A stretch of DNA of 64,000 nt from positions 80,552 to 144,551 of the forward strand of contig NIVC01002736.1 in assembly GCA_002269645.1 (NCBI GenBank). Reading direction: 5' to 3'. The notes beneath the pieces are model-generated. The model worked only from the letters and a program-made list of their open reading frames with translations. It searched no databases and was not told the origin of the DNA. Of this stretch, positions 23,621 to 38,976 are shown in pieces. Position numbers and translations under genes: made by a program. The number at the start of each line of letters is the position of its first letter. Position 1 is the first letter of the stretch. This DNA is from Macrostomum lignano. Its lineage: Eukaryota.

Positions 23621-24499
23621 ATGCCATATTCTTGACTCTTTAAATTAAAAATTCTTAGTCCTCTATTCCTTCAAAGCTAAAGCCTTTTCAAATCTTAACA
23701 TAATAATATGGTTAATTGTTAAACTCTATGAGTCTATTCTTTCTACATTTTTTTAGAGTACAACTATCTCTCATTTCTCTCTTTCTTTATAAACCACCAC
23801 ACTAGGCCTATAACATCAATATTTCATTCTCAACTTGTTCTAAGTATTTGTTTTACATCAAAGCAATTATTTGGTATTTAGATTGCTTTGCTTTGTATAT
23901 AACAAGTTTTAGTTGTTCTAAAACAACTAAACACACACAGGAGAGCATAAACTATGCTGACAATCATTTGGTGATGAAAAATGACCATCAAAATAGTTTG
24001 TCTTTAGCCTTTATGCTCTGCTATGCGTTCAGTTGTTTTAGAATTCATAAGCAGCTATATGAAAAATATAGAACTAGAAGTTTGACATTGACACAGATTA
24101 CCTTTTCCTTTTGCAGCTTTTAGTTAGCTGCTGGGTGCGTTGTGTAATTCGCTAAGAGGCCGCAGACCGCTATTTTAAGAATAATTCAGTTAAATTTTCG
24201 ATTTAAGAGGTATAACAAACCTATTCTTACGGATCTATTTTTTCTCAAAAGGTAGAAAAATGCTTATTTAAATTAAAGCAAATTCTGTAAATTCAAAATA
24301 TTAAAAAGCCAAGTTATCGGAGTTTAATCCTTAGATATGTTTACAGTATCGAAAATTTTCAGATAAGTATTTTCATTTTTTAGTATATAGGACAACTCAC
24401 AGTACGATAAAAGCCTTTTATGGCTTAAATCAATCTGCTTGGGCTTCAGAAAACAGCAAAAATGTTTAATTAGGTCAAAAAATCTCTCGACTGGACAAA

Positions 24500-25180
24500 A
24501 CGCCGCGAAAGCGCTTGCGGAATACCGAGGGTGTAAGGCGCATAGGGCAGCTCGCTAAGAGTCAGGTACAGGACGCGCAGAACGTCAATAAAAGTGTCAA
24601 TGAGGTTCATGGTGCCGGCTCGTCCTCGGCGAAATCTCTCCCCCTGAGGTTGGGCTGGCAACAACGCGGCTGCTACCAGCGGATTGGCTTTCATCCGGTC
24701 CCGCTTTTCGCCATCAGAGCGCGGCTTGACAAGGTTGCACGGGTGGCAAATGTACAGCGATCGAATCACAGTAGAGCTCTTCATAGGCTCACCTGGGAGA
24801 GGCGACAAGATAGCCGAGGTAGCGAAACCGGCACTTTATGATATGGTGCGGCCGCTAGAGAGAGGGTCAAAGTAGGAGCGTCCGTGGTGTCGACATGGTG
24901 TCGACATGGTGTCGACATGTATGACTTCGGTTTCTTTGGCTTTGATTTTCATCTCAGGCCGAGCTCGCCTTCAGTGGTCCTTGGGTGCGCTGAGCGGCAC
25001 GAGAGGACGATCTCGTCAGAGAACGCGAGGGCAGCAATCTTGACACCGGGGAAAGGTCGGCTCGACGTCTTTCGTGTCTTCTTCCTCGAGTGCGCGCTGC
25101 ATGTGGAGGAACGTTAGCCGAGCCCGACGATGAAGATGAAAAAGAGGCGAGAGTGCGATTACATTGCAACGCCAGAGCTG
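24500..25180 (-). mobile_element. Old decayed non-LTR reverse transcriptase fragment (RTE/CR1-like)
   Basis: In correct order across frameshifts on the minus strand: ALSPLF, GVKIAALAFSDEIVL (YADD region), GELGLR/KIKAKETEVI, RFRYLG; forms a GC-rich island. Confidence 0.65.
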
Positions 25181-26559
25181 TTTGTAAAAGGCAGATCTCA
25201 GAACTAGTCTTTTCAAGGATTTTTTAAAGCACTAGGATGAGAACTCAAGCGCCTACTAAAAGTGTACATGCAGTTTTGCCAGTAAGACTGTGCACTGCAG
25301 TAGCCGCTTCGAACCAAGGCACTTAAAGCACTAAAGCAAATTAGAGGCTCTGAATTACCAGACCCTACTCTTCATGATTGCATGCTGCATATTTGATGAC
25401 TTGATGAAGAGAGAAAGATGCGACGCGATCATCATCAACATACGCGATTATGATACTTTACCACAGACAAGATCAATGACAAAGACTCTCCATGCCTTAT
25501 ATGGGGCCTGCTTTTACTCCAGTGTCAAATTAATATCAGGTTAAGATACGCGTGCTTCCAATATACTCAAGAACCAATTCTCCATCTGTTCTCAGAAGAA
25601 CTGAGAGCTCACCGACGCACGGATTAGGCGCGGAATATTTAATGTCCCACATCAAAATGAAGACGCGCGGCCGCCTCGACTGGGTTTGGGAAAAAATCCC
25701 CACGTACCCTAATTATGTTCATATCCAGATGGCGGATTATACGTCTATAGCTTTAACTTCAAACCCTTATTTGTTTTTTCTCAGCGCTACAAGACTGATA
25801 TGATGGCTTAGAGCCTATTGGGGATGACAGCTAATACACACCCAGCTCCTACTGGATCTTCAGCAAGCAGTGAATCAGCTTAACCATCGGAACAAATATA
25901 TTCCCATGGATGGCTAGGTTTTCCCTAGCAGGAATATGATGATTACGCAATAGGGGTAGGCCAGACCGCGGCCCCAACTCATTGTTTTCTCGACCCCCCC
26001 CCCCCCAATTTGCCTATTCCCACTCACTATTCTGTAAAATCGTCTGTCTGCAGCCTAGTGGTTTGGTGGGAGCGCACAGGAAGGGGAAATCCCGTCGGCG
26101 CGGTTTCGACTTTCAAGTCAAACAAATTCATTTTGTACAGACGCTTGGCCGTGAAATTTGGCTTCAACCTCCGGATTTTTGCAATCAATCTGAATGGCTG
26201 CTGGTGCCTCTGTGCAAACAGAAATGCGTTTATTTATAGCCTGCATTATATAATACTCTGCAGAGACTCAACAGATTCATATATAGTTTTATGGATTATT
26301 TATTCATCGGCTGCATGACGAGACAAATGTTTTATTGACTGACTTGCTGACTAACTGACAGATAGGCAGTAATAATGACAGACTATTAAAACTAACAAGT
26401 ACATACAGTATGTATATAGAAGTGACCTAGCTCTCAGCGAACATCAACTCAGACACTAATGCAGACACTAGGACAGGTGTGCTAAGACACAGTAAAACAC
26501 ATACTAGAGTTTAGATAATGTATGATATAGACAAATTAGATTAGGACAAACGCTAAAAC

Positions 26560-26870
26560 TGGCACTAAGACAGGCAGGTATTGGTAAAACTAAGACACAA
26601 CAAGGGCGATACTAAGACAGACAGACACTTAAGACAGACAGACACTAACACGGACAGACACTAAGATGAACAGACACTAAGATGGACAGACACTAACACG
26701 GACAGACACCAAGACGGATAGACACTAACACGGACAGACACTAAGACAGACACTAAGACAGACACTTGAGGTGGGTGACACTAAGACGGACAGACACTAA
26801 GATGGACAGACACTAAGACAGACAGACACTAAGACAGACAAACACGAAGATAGACAAAACGCAGGCTTAT
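26560..26870. repeat. Degenerate ~16-bp repeat (ggacagacactaaga)
   Basis: About 15 diverged copies. Confidence 0.8.
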
Positions 26871-27929
26871 GTAGCATCGAGATGAAGAATTCTCTAATCC
26901 AGTCTCTGGGATTAGAAAGAGACGCGCGGCGCCACAGAGTCTGTCAGCTTCACGCTGCCGCGCCCTTCCCTAATCCGGCTCAGTAAAACCCGAAGTCCCC
27001 AGTCCGCCAGAAGGCCCAGCGTCAGACAAAGACCTCATCACCATCGGTCTGTTTCCCCTCCTTGAGGAGAAACTCAAAGCCAGCTGCTCACAAAGAGTCT
27101 CCCGCACTAAGAGGCAGAGGGGGGAAAGAAAGTTTTACAACAGATGTTGCAGATATTGCTGAAAGAAGAGAGAGAAGAGTAGCTATAGAAAAAATTGGTA
27201 AGCAATTTTTGTTTATTAAGACAGTTTTGAGACTGCCAATCAGTTGACTGCTCTATCTGGGCCGTTCTCAAAGTCTGTCATCAACTATTGGTCGAATTCA
27301 AGCTTTGTAATGAGCCTTTCTTAGAAATCTTCCCAGTTAGTTGGCTCCGCAGCTTCACCGATTCATCTTCTATTCTAAGAATTGACCCCCGCTTTCTAGA
27401 ATTTTCCGCAACCGCGCCCAAAGCCTCGACCTACTTCCTTAAAAATCCCCTTTTCGTCAATTCCCCTCCGTCAACCCCCAAACCCCCTATTTATTCCAAC
27501 TCGTCTATTCCGGTTAACTCGAACTTATATCCCAATTTATCCCCACCGACACAAAGCTCGGTGGCCCAGCCTCGCTATAATTTGATCTGACCTCTCGACT
27601 CTCTCCTCTTATCTCCTGGAAATCCTCGAAGACTGACTGAAGGGAGAGCGAGAAGTTTCTAAGAAACGAAGTTGAACTCAGCGGAGGCATTGTATAGAGC
27701 TCAATTGGATGCAGTGATGTATGCATAAAGTGCAATGCACTTATTAGGGTGCAGTAGAAGGTTCTCGGCATTCTGCATTTCTGTATTCAGTTGGCTTTTG
27801 CACTGTTAGAAAGCTCAGTAGTTGATAAACCATTACTAGTCTGCCAAAAATATAAGTCAGTTTTTCATGCTGCACAAGGAATTAAATATACTTATCAATG
27901 AACAGAACAGGATACACTAGATCTGAGAA

Positions 27930-28806
<877 letters not shown>

Positions 28807-30332
28807 TGCAGACAGGGAGTGAAACAGCCTATTCTCAGTGTCTATACTCTATGTGGAACCGCAGCGACAGCCTCACTGATGCATGAGCTGCTCAAGCCGA
28901 GCTCAAAAACATCCTATCTTGAAGCCAACAAGCCTTCCAACTTCCTTACTTAACTCCAGTTTTGCATCAAATTTCTTTGTTTATCAGTCAAGTTTTAAGG
29001 CGCCACAAAACTTTGTTCAGTATACGCGGCATGCCTCGGGAAGGAAGACGGAAAAAAATGTAGGAAAAATGCAAAAAAGCCAAATCTCACAGAACTGGGA
29101 GATGCAACGCCTTTTGGGATTTTTTCTGTTTTCCATAAAGCTTTTTTTACTCCTCCAGAGATATTCTTCTTGAATGGAACCATATTCTCTGGGACTGGCA
29201 GGTCAAGGCTGCGATGTGACCTCCTATGACTTCACCTGGATGGAGATCCATAGGGAGATGAGCTCAATATAGACATAGTCTTTGTTCTTGAGCTCGCTTT
29301 CTTTGCAAACTCAGCTCCGCATGCATTCAGTGTGAGAATTAAATTTCTGTGTCAGCAAAGTTGACAGGTCCGGGGAGCTGACCTCGCTCTGCGGGACAAT
29401 TGAAAAGGTCACCAACCAAATGCATCGATGATGTTGATTGAAGCAACAAAGTCTTTGAACTCATCATATTGATTGGCCTTTTGACTGGCGAGAATATTTA
29501 GCAAGATTATAACTGAATAATAGACGCGTCGTGTGCCTTTTCTAAGAAATAGTGTGACCCTAAGTGACCTCTACTGTCACTACGTGAACCACGTGGGCTT
29601 TTCACAAAGTTTGTGAACAGGTCTTTGTTTGTGTGCTGACGTCATTTCAAACTCTGATGGGGTTTGGTTTGAAGTAAAAAATTGAAAGTCTCTGAACTCT
29701 CTCTCTCTCTCTCATTACCTCAACTGAATTGGAATTAACCACAGGGACATCAGGGCTACGAGTATCTATCCAACGTTTTCAGGCCTGGGAACTCCTGCCG
29801 TCTTGTCTGCTGGCCTAAGAGCTACTTAAGGGGAGCAACCAGCCTCCTGGTACACCTCCTGGACTTTCTGGAGGGGGACCGCGACGCTCAACATTACCTG
29901 ATCTCCCTGATAAGGTCAGCGAACATCCGGATGCCCAGAACCCCTTGCAGCTGGGTTTAAGTCATTTCCCTCTAACGTTCTTTCTCTCTTTTCTTCTCAA
30001 ATTCTCAATATTCCTTATTCCACTTTCATCCGACAGTCTACTATCAGTAGTATTCAATAATTAGCTCTCCATTCGCCGCTGGAACCCTTCCTCAACTCTC
30101 ATTGGTTCCCGCGGTAGGGACGCCTAGACCCATAGTCCCCTGAACGCCTTACTGCCCTTCCCTCAACCCCTCCCCTCCCCAGGCAATGGGCATCGTATTT
30201 GAGTGGATCAAGGACGCCAAGAGAATGCGAAAGCCGGCAAAAGCCACAGCGCAAAACAGAATCAGAATTAGTTCGCATAGAAAATCAAAGCGCATAACTG
30301 AGAACGGCACACAGTCGCGAACAGACGCCGAC

Positions 30333-31196
30333 ATGACCACCATGCGCAAGCTGGAATCCGAGCTCAAGTGCGGCCTGTGCAGGCGGTGGCTCTGCCAGCC
30401 GCTGCTCCTGCCGTGCGGCCATTCGCTCTGCCAGTCCTGCTGCTCCAGCATCCTGCTGCTCCCAGCCGACGAAGTCGCCTCGTTGACAGGCGGCGGTGAC
30501 AGCTCCGACCAGATGTCGGTCGCGTCGGAAGCCGACTCGGGCGTGTCTTTGCCGACGTCCACAGCATCGGGATCGGGATCTTCAAGACCTGGCAGCAGCT
30601 GCTACCAGCTGCACCAGCAGCAGCACCATCAGCAGCACCTTCTTGGGGCCGTCGCCTCGCCATCATCGCCATCAGCTGTTGGGTTCCTCTGCCCGACCTG
30701 TCGACGCCCAGTGCTGCTACCTGGCGGCATCGATCGGAGCAGCTCGTTAAGAAATCTGTTGCCAAGGAACTTGGCTTTAGAACGGCTGGTTGGGAAATTC
30801 GCACAGCAGAGTCATCAGAGCCAGTCAGATCTGCACCAGCCTCAGCAGCAGCAGCTCTGCCAGCTCTGCGACCCGTGCGAGACCGGACAGTCGCCTCTGC
30901 CGGCTGAGCTGGTCTGCGAACAGTGCGAGATGTACTATTGCCAGCGCTGCGCCGAGAAATCGCATCCTTCATCGGTGTCGGCGCCGAAGCACAATCTGCA
31001 GCCGGCCAGCTGCGGGCGGGAGCTGCTGTTGCAGAAGCAAGCTAGAAGAAGCTCAGTCTGCCAGGAGCACCGGCAGGAGACGCTGGGCTCCTACTGCTTG
31101 GCCTGCCGAGGTCCCGTGTGCCCGCTGTGCGCCCAGACTGTCAGGCACCAGGGACACGAGATTGTGCCGCTGCAGACAGCTTGCAAGTCTGCCAAG
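30333..31196 (+). CDS. TRIM9: TRIM9 exon 1: RING (with long insertion), B-box1, B-box2
   Basis: LKCGLC..PLLLPCGHSLCQSC...CPTC; DQMSVASEADSG matches the TRIM9 RING-insert motif; CQLC...CEQC..YC..C...HP; CQEH..YC..C..PVC..C...HQGH; donor AAG|GTGAGT. The start may be at 30186, 30333 or 30342. Confidence 0.93.
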
Positions 31197-31660
31197 GTGA
31201 GTTTTTGAGGGCATAGAGTGACTAGTTTGTGAGGTCATGGAATGACCAGTTTGTGAGGTCATAGAGTGACCAGTTTGTGAGGTCATAGAGTGACCAGTTT
31301 GTGACTTCATAGAATGACTAGTTTGTGACGTCATAGAGTGACTAGTTTGTGAGGTCATAGAGTGACCAGTTTGTGAGGTCATCGAGTGACCAGTTTGTGA
31401 CTTCATAGAATGACTAGTTTGTGAGGTCATAGAGTGACTAGTTTGTGAGGTTATAGAGTGACCAGTTTGTGAGGTCATAGAGTGACTAGTTTGTGAGGTC
31501 ATAGAGTGACCAGTTTGTGAGGTCATATAGTGACCAGTTTGTGAGGTCATCGAGTGACCAGTTTGTGAGGTCATATAATGACCAGTTTATGATTTCATAG
31601 AATGACCAGTCTGTGGATTTGTAGAATTACCAGTTTCGGAGTTCACAGTATGACCAGTCC
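31197..31660. repeat. 24-bp minisatellite (gtgactagtttgtgaggtcataga) starting at the TRIM9 intron 1 donor
   Basis: About 17 copies, decaying toward the 3' side. Confidence 0.95.
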
Positions 31661-32381
31661 GTGACAATCCATATATCATCATAGTCGAGCTCGCCATATG
31701 ACTGGAATTTCATGATCAAGCCTTTTGCTTTGTTCAGCTTTATCTATTGTTTGCAAGCTGTCCATGCGCCAAGTTTTAAGTGAGGAATTCACCGCTTGCA
31801 ACACCTCAAATGCGCGAGCGTCTCCAATATTAGAGATATACATCTATTCCTGTTCTGAGTTCACACGTCATTGAACCATAAATTCGCACATACAGATAGA
31901 TCTGTCACAGGTATCTATCTGTTTGCGAAATTCCTAAGCTTGTCCAGTTTGCGTAATACCCTCAGGGGGGTTGCCGAGGGGTGTTGGGCCAGCCCAATAG
32001 CTCCAACCCCTCTAGACTAAAACCGAAAATGACTCGCGAAAGAATTTATAAGGGATGAGTAATCAAAAATCGCCCCCCCCCTCCCAACCTAAACGTATTG
32101 AAGTGGCCATTCTTACAGCTTTAAGAATCTTTTAAACCCCTTCTGGAAACCTTTGGAAAAGAGATTTAGACTGGAGCCGAGCTGAGGAAGACTGACCCCG
32201 GCCCATTGTGCAATCTGTGTCCACTCTTCACTCTCGGGCTTGAGTGGTTTCAAATTGCTATATAGAAAATTATTCCTCAGAGAGTTTTGAAGGACTGGAG
32301 TTTGGCGCTGGAAACCCTGGGTTGCGCAATGCGATCCGCTTGAGATAGAAAAGCTAAGGCTATTCAATATGCTATCTGTCT

Positions 32382-33008
<627 letters not shown>

Positions 33009-34545
33009 TTCTTCAGTCTCTCTCACTACAAAGACTCATTCGCAGCCCACCTGTAATTAATGAAGTCACGTGTGTCCTGAGCTGCTTTCATCTGTCAGGC
33101 AGACCTTGACTCCATGAAGAATTCGCCTTCTATAAAATCGCTCGAACTGTCCCTAATCCGCAAAGGCAAGCATTCTCAATTAGTCAGCTCATCGTCTTTG
33201 ATGCGATCGGATTCCCTAATAGTTGAAAAACTCAAAATCTGTTTTTTCCCTCTGTTCCTTTAGTATGGTCAGCTGATGATTAATGAAAATTGATTCCTCT
33301 GGTATGGAAGAAAATCTCTTTGGGAGATGATGTGGCAGCAGGGATTAAGAGATACAGGTAACGCTTTTGATCTACAAAATTAGATTAGTTAGATGAGTTT
33401 AATCAAGTTGAACTGCTTCAAGTTCACGGAAAAGTGCCGCAGTCCGAAAAAAAACAAATCTTCTGATGAAAATTAGTGCTAGTGAAGGCTTCGAAAAAAT
33501 GTCATTTCTGTTCGGGTTATATGAATAGATAAAAACCACAAAAAAGGATGCTTTACAGAAATGTCACAAAACATACTTAATAGTCAAGGACAGCATAGAC
33601 TGGAGAGAGTTGCCCTTGCTTGATAAAGCCAGTGCGCTTTACCAGGCACCTGACTAGATTTCAATTTCGGCCCATCCTACTAGAAATGCCGAACGGCAGG
33701 GCTCCAGAGTGTTTGCGTGAAAACTTGCGGCAACGGAAGCAGACAGCTCGGCGCCAGGCTTTGGTGCTGCTTTGGGAGTTTTCTCTGCTTTTCTGGTCGC
33801 CGCGGCGCCGGCTGCTGCTGCTGCTGCTGCTGCTGCTGCGGATTCTGGCTTTCCCAGGTGCCACTTCTCTCTCACCCTCTCTGCCCCCCTCTCTGTCTCT
33901 CTATTTTCTCTGAGTCATCCGCGGTGCACAAGGCTGATATCACTATTCGGGGATAAAACACACACACACTAAATGCTGCCCTGTATCCAAATCCCCCTAC
34001 AATATTGCACCTGTCGCTCTTTGTGCCCGCTGAGTGCTGAAGCCCCCAGCTAACACTATGCATAAATAGCCGCCTATGTTTTGTAATTTACCGTGGTATT
34101 GGAAATCGAGTGCAGAGTGTTTTCACTTTGACTTGTGATTTGGGTATTTGCTTTTTTGTTTAACACCCGACTGCCCGAGCCGAATCGCCTCTAGCTCTCG
34201 ATAAAATTGTGTTACTCACTCCGTTCCCAGTTTGAAAAATTTTGGGTTGTTTTCAATCAAAACAGTTTTCTGACTGTGTGAGTGAAGGATGGCTGGCGGC
34301 CACACAGTGGGACTTGTTATAACACGGCTTATTAGCCATGCATTAATAGGCTTTAGCCTCCCTGAAGGGGATTAGCGAGAAATTTTCAATTCCCCTATGG
34401 GAGTTGTTTACAGCCAGGTGTTAGTATCTGAGGGGCCCACCTGGCTGCGAAGCAGGCATCCCGCCGTCTGTTACAAATGACTGGATGGGTCGTTTCTTGG
34501 GATTTAACAAAGACATCTGTGCCGACAGCTAGACGGACAAACACG

Positions 34546-34935
<390 letters not shown>

Positions 34936-35479
34936 GTAGAAATAGTGAAGGCCAATCTAAGCATAGAAACCAAGAGTTTATTATTATTCGCCTCTCATCT
35001 TCAATAGCCGGCGCGATCAGGCCAGAGCCAGCACTGGTATTGGAGTGACGACACCAACAAAGAGCCGCTTAAAGAGTCAGCGGATGAACGGTTTTGGGGT
35101 AGCTGCAGCTGGCTGATTCACATGGAACAGAGAGTTGTAAAGCCACGAAGGACGGGGGTGTCGAGGAATCCGTTCACACCTTTATCTCTCTCTGTTGTCA
35201 AGCTTTTAAAACCCTCAGATTAGCCAAAAAATCGCGGCCCCGTCTGTTGCTGTCTCCAAGGCCTATCTGTGTTCTGTTCTCTGCACCAACAGGCGGTAAG
35301 AATTGAGGCCCCCCTCCCCTATTTGCTGTTGGATGAAGGCAGGTCTGACTCACTGGCTTGGATCCGTTCTTCAGCCAAGCAGGCAATCACCCTTATTTTG
35401 GTTTCCTTTGTTTCACTCGAAATTTTAATATCAATCAATCTCGCAGGCAAATGATTGAGCAATTTTAACTGTTTTAACC

Positions 35480-37270
35480 TTTATCTCCCTCCCTTGTCTC
35501 CCTCTCTCTTCCCCCCCTCTATTACCTCTCTACTGTCTCTCTTTTGTCTCCCTCTCTCTTCCCCCCCCTCTATTACCTCTCTACTGTCTCTCTTTTGTCT
35601 CCCTCCCTCTTCCCCCCCTCTATTACCTCTCTACTGTCTCTCTCTTGTCTCCCTCCCTCTTCCCCCCCTCTATCATCTCTCTCTTGTCTCTCTGTTGTCT
35701 CCCTCTCACTTGTCCCCCCTCTCTTGTCTCCCTCTCTCTTGTCTCTCTCTTGTCTCTCTCTTGTCTCCCTCTCTCTTGTCTCTCTCTTGTCTCTCTCTTG
35801 TCTCCCTCTCTCTTGTCTCTCTCTTGTCTCTCTCTTGTCTCCCTCTCTCTTGTCTCTCTCTTGTCTCCCTCTCTTGTCCCCCTCTCTTGTCTCTCTCTTG
35901 TCTCCCACTCTCTTGTCTCTCTCTTGTCTCCCTCTCTCTTGTCTCTCTCTTGTCTCTCTCTTGTCTCCCTCTCTCTTGTCTCTCTCTTGTCTCCCTCTCG
36001 CTTGTACCCCCACTCTTGTCTCCCTCTCACTTGTCCCCCCCTCTCTTGTCTCCCTCTCTCTTGTCTCTCTCTTGTCTCCCTCTCGCTTGTCCCCCCTCTC
36101 TTGTCTCCCTCTCACTTGTCCCCCCTCTCTTGTCTCTCTCTTGTCTCCCTCTCGCTTGTCCCCCCTCTCTTGTCTCCCTCTCACTTGTCCCCCCCTCTCT
36201 TGTCTCCCTCTCTCTTGTCTCTCTCTTGTCTCCCTCTCGCTTTTCCCCCCTCTCTTGTCTCCCTCTCACTTGTCCCCCCTCTCTTGTCTCTCTCTTGTCT
36301 CCCTCTCGCTTGTCCCCCTCTCTTGTCTCCCTCTCACTTGTCCCCCCTCTCTTGTCTCCCTCTCTCTTGTCTCTCTCTTGTCTCCCTCTCTCTTGTCTCT
36401 CTCTTGTCTCCCTCTCTTGTCCCCCTCTCTTGTCTCCCTCTCTCTTGTCTCTCTCTCTCTTGTCCCCCCTCTCTTGTCTCCCTCTCACTTGTCCCCCCTC
36501 TCTTGTCTCTCTCTTGTCTCCCTCTCGCTTGTCCCCCTCTCTTGTCTCCCTCTCACTTGTCCCCCCCTCTCTTGTCTCCCTCTCACTTGTCCCCCCCTCT
36601 CTTGTCTCCCTCTCTCTTGTCTCTCTCTTGTCTCCCTCTCGCTTTTCCCCCCTCTCTTGTCTCCCTCTCGCTTTTCCCCCCTCTCTTGTCTCCCTCTCAC
36701 TTGTCCCCCTCTCTTGTCTCTCTCTTGTCTCCCTCTCGCTTGTCCCCCTCTCTTGTCTCCCTCTCACTTGTCCCCCTCTCTTGTCTCCCTCTCTCTTGTC
36801 TCTCTCTTGTCTCCCTCTCGCTTTTCCCCCCTCTCTTGTCTCCCTCTCTCTTGTCTATCTCTTGTCTCCCTCTCTCTTGTCTCTCTCTTGTCTCCCTCTC
36901 GCTTTTTCCCCCTCTCTTGTCTCCCTCTCTCTTGTCTCTCTCTTGTCTCCCTCTCGCTTTTCCCCCCTCTCTTGTCTCCCTCTCGCTTTTCCCCCCTCTC
37001 TTGTCTCCCTCTCACTTGTCTCTCTTTTGTCTCCCTCTCTTGTTTCCCTCTATCTTGTCTCTCTTCTCTCCCTCTCTCTGTCTCCCTATCACCCGACTTT
37101 TATCTCGCATGTGTCCCTCTCCTCTATCTACTTCTCACATGTCTACCTCTCATACCTGCTTAATACTTCTCAAACCTGTTTTTCTCTCTCCTGTCCACCT
37201 CTCACACGCACCTCTTTACCGTCTCCCATCCTCTCTCTCCTTCCTGCCTCTGTCCTGTCCTGTCCTGTCC
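35480..37270. repeat. Complex CT-rich satellite (cttgtctctct / cttgtctccctct / cttgtcccccct units)
   Basis: Almost pure pyrimidine strand punctuated by TTG. Confidence 0.95.
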
Positions 37271-37721
37271 GGAGTCCACCTCTGTCTCAGTCTCAATAGA
37301 ACTCAGCCAGCGAGATTGCCACGCAGAAGAACTCTCTGATCACTGAGTGGAAGTCACAAAATGGGGTCAGAAACAATCCACCCCATCCCCTTGTCTGAAT
37401 TCGGTGCTAAAACAGGGCATTCTTCCGTGTGTAGCTCATATATTTCTTTCCAAACAGACCTTCCAATAGCCGTGTTATACAGCAAACTTCATTTTTTTCT
37501 TTTCTGTCTCCACAAGCTCTCCGTATTGCTCATTCATTTTGTCTGCACAGATAAATTCAAGTTTATAATTTGCAAGTTTTCAACTTAATACCGGAAAGAA
37601 CAGAGGACTATAAAAGCGAGTATTAGTCATGGGGTATTACTCATGGGTGTTTGTCGCTGAGTTGACGAAACGGTAAATTCTCGAGAATCTAGCCAAATCT
37701 GGAAACTTGTAGGTTAAAGCT

Positions 37722-38402
37722 AGAGAAGTAGATAGATTGGTCGGTTAGAGCTAGAGAAGTAGATAGATTGGTCGGTCAGAGTTAGAGAAATAGATTGGTA
37801 GGTTAGAGCTAGATAAGTAGATAGATTGGTAGGTTAGAGCTAGATAAGTAGATAGATTGGTAGGTTAGAGCTAGAGAAGTAGATAGATTGGTGGGTTAGA
37901 GCTAGAGAAGTAGATATATTGGTAGGTAGAGCTAGAGAAGTAGATAGATTGGTAGGTTAGAGCTAGAGAAGTAAATAGATTGGTAGGTTAGAGCTAGAGA
38001 AGTAGATAGATTGGTAGGTTAGAGCTGGATAAGTAGATACACTGGTAGGTTAGGGTAGAGAAGTAGATAGATTGGTAGGTTAGAGCTAGAGAAGTAGATA
38101 GATTGGTAGGTTAGAGTTAGAGAAATAGATTGGTAGGTTAGAGCTAGATAAGTAGATAGATTGGAAGGTTAGCGTAGAGAAGTAGATGGATTGGTAGGTT
38201 AGAGCTAGATAAGTAGATAGATTGGTAGGTTAGAGCTAGATAAGTAGATAGATTGGTAGGTTAGAGCTAGAGAAGTAGATAGATTGGTGGGTTAGAGCTA
38301 GAGAAGTAGATAGATTGGTAGGTAGAGCTAGAGAAGTAGATACATTGGTAGGTTAGAGCTAGAGAAGTAGATACATTGGTAGGTTAGGGTAGAGAAGTAG
38401 AT
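37722..38402. repeat. 31-bp minisatellite (tagattggtaggttagagctagagaagtaga)
   Basis: About 22 copies. Confidence 0.95.
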
Positions 38403-38976
38403 ATGGCGGTAGGCCTAAGTAAGAGCGCTAGAGATTTACGACCTACATCAGCCTGGCCGACCATCTCCAAGAGTTGCTATTCCACAACCTGCAGAGTATG
38501 TAGTTGCCAGGCAGAAAGTATAGGAATGCATAGGCAGGATGAGCCCAGACTCTTCTCCATCTGTGTGTCCCTTCTGAGCCTAATTAATGATGTTAACACC
38601 GCTGTGTCAGCCTTCACAATAAGAGCCCTTAATGCTGCGCGCAAGGCACTGAAATTATCTGTAGCCACCCATCTCTCATTCAGATTCCCTGTTTGAGTCC
38701 GCTCTTGGTCTCTCATACATTATAGAGCATCCATGGCCTCACCTACGCAGGCATATAGCCTTCAAAACACATACCGAGTCTAAAACAGAAAATGTACTTT
38801 TCACTTTGAAAATCTATTTGAGGATTATTTTTTCCAACTGAAGTGCTTCTCATCTCGTTTGGTTGTCGATAAAAACAACTAAAATGCCTCATCAGTTTCA
38901 GAGCACTTTAACTCATTGAGATTTCTTAGAAACACCTGATTGGCTGATGATTCTTATCTGGAAATTAATGTCTGAC

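Noticed and set aside
27500-27780. Possible LINE endonuclease remnant on the minus strand (LYTMPP..GINWD)
   Set aside because: The catalytic GDFN motif is absent; similarity may be chance
29750-30150. Possible LINE 3' end upstream of TRIM9 (LLDFLEGD..LISLIRS; cccatagtcccctgaacg)
   Set aside because: Only weak resemblance, with no tail or TSD identified
33717-33956. Poly-Cys or poly-Ala small protein
   Set aside because: Explained by the (GCT)n tract; no other coding signal
35455-37339. 500-600-aa Leu/Ser/Pro/Cys ORFs and similar ORFs at 40306-42553, 46237-46959 and 63127-63918
   Set aside because: Low-complexity satellite translations with no unique domain
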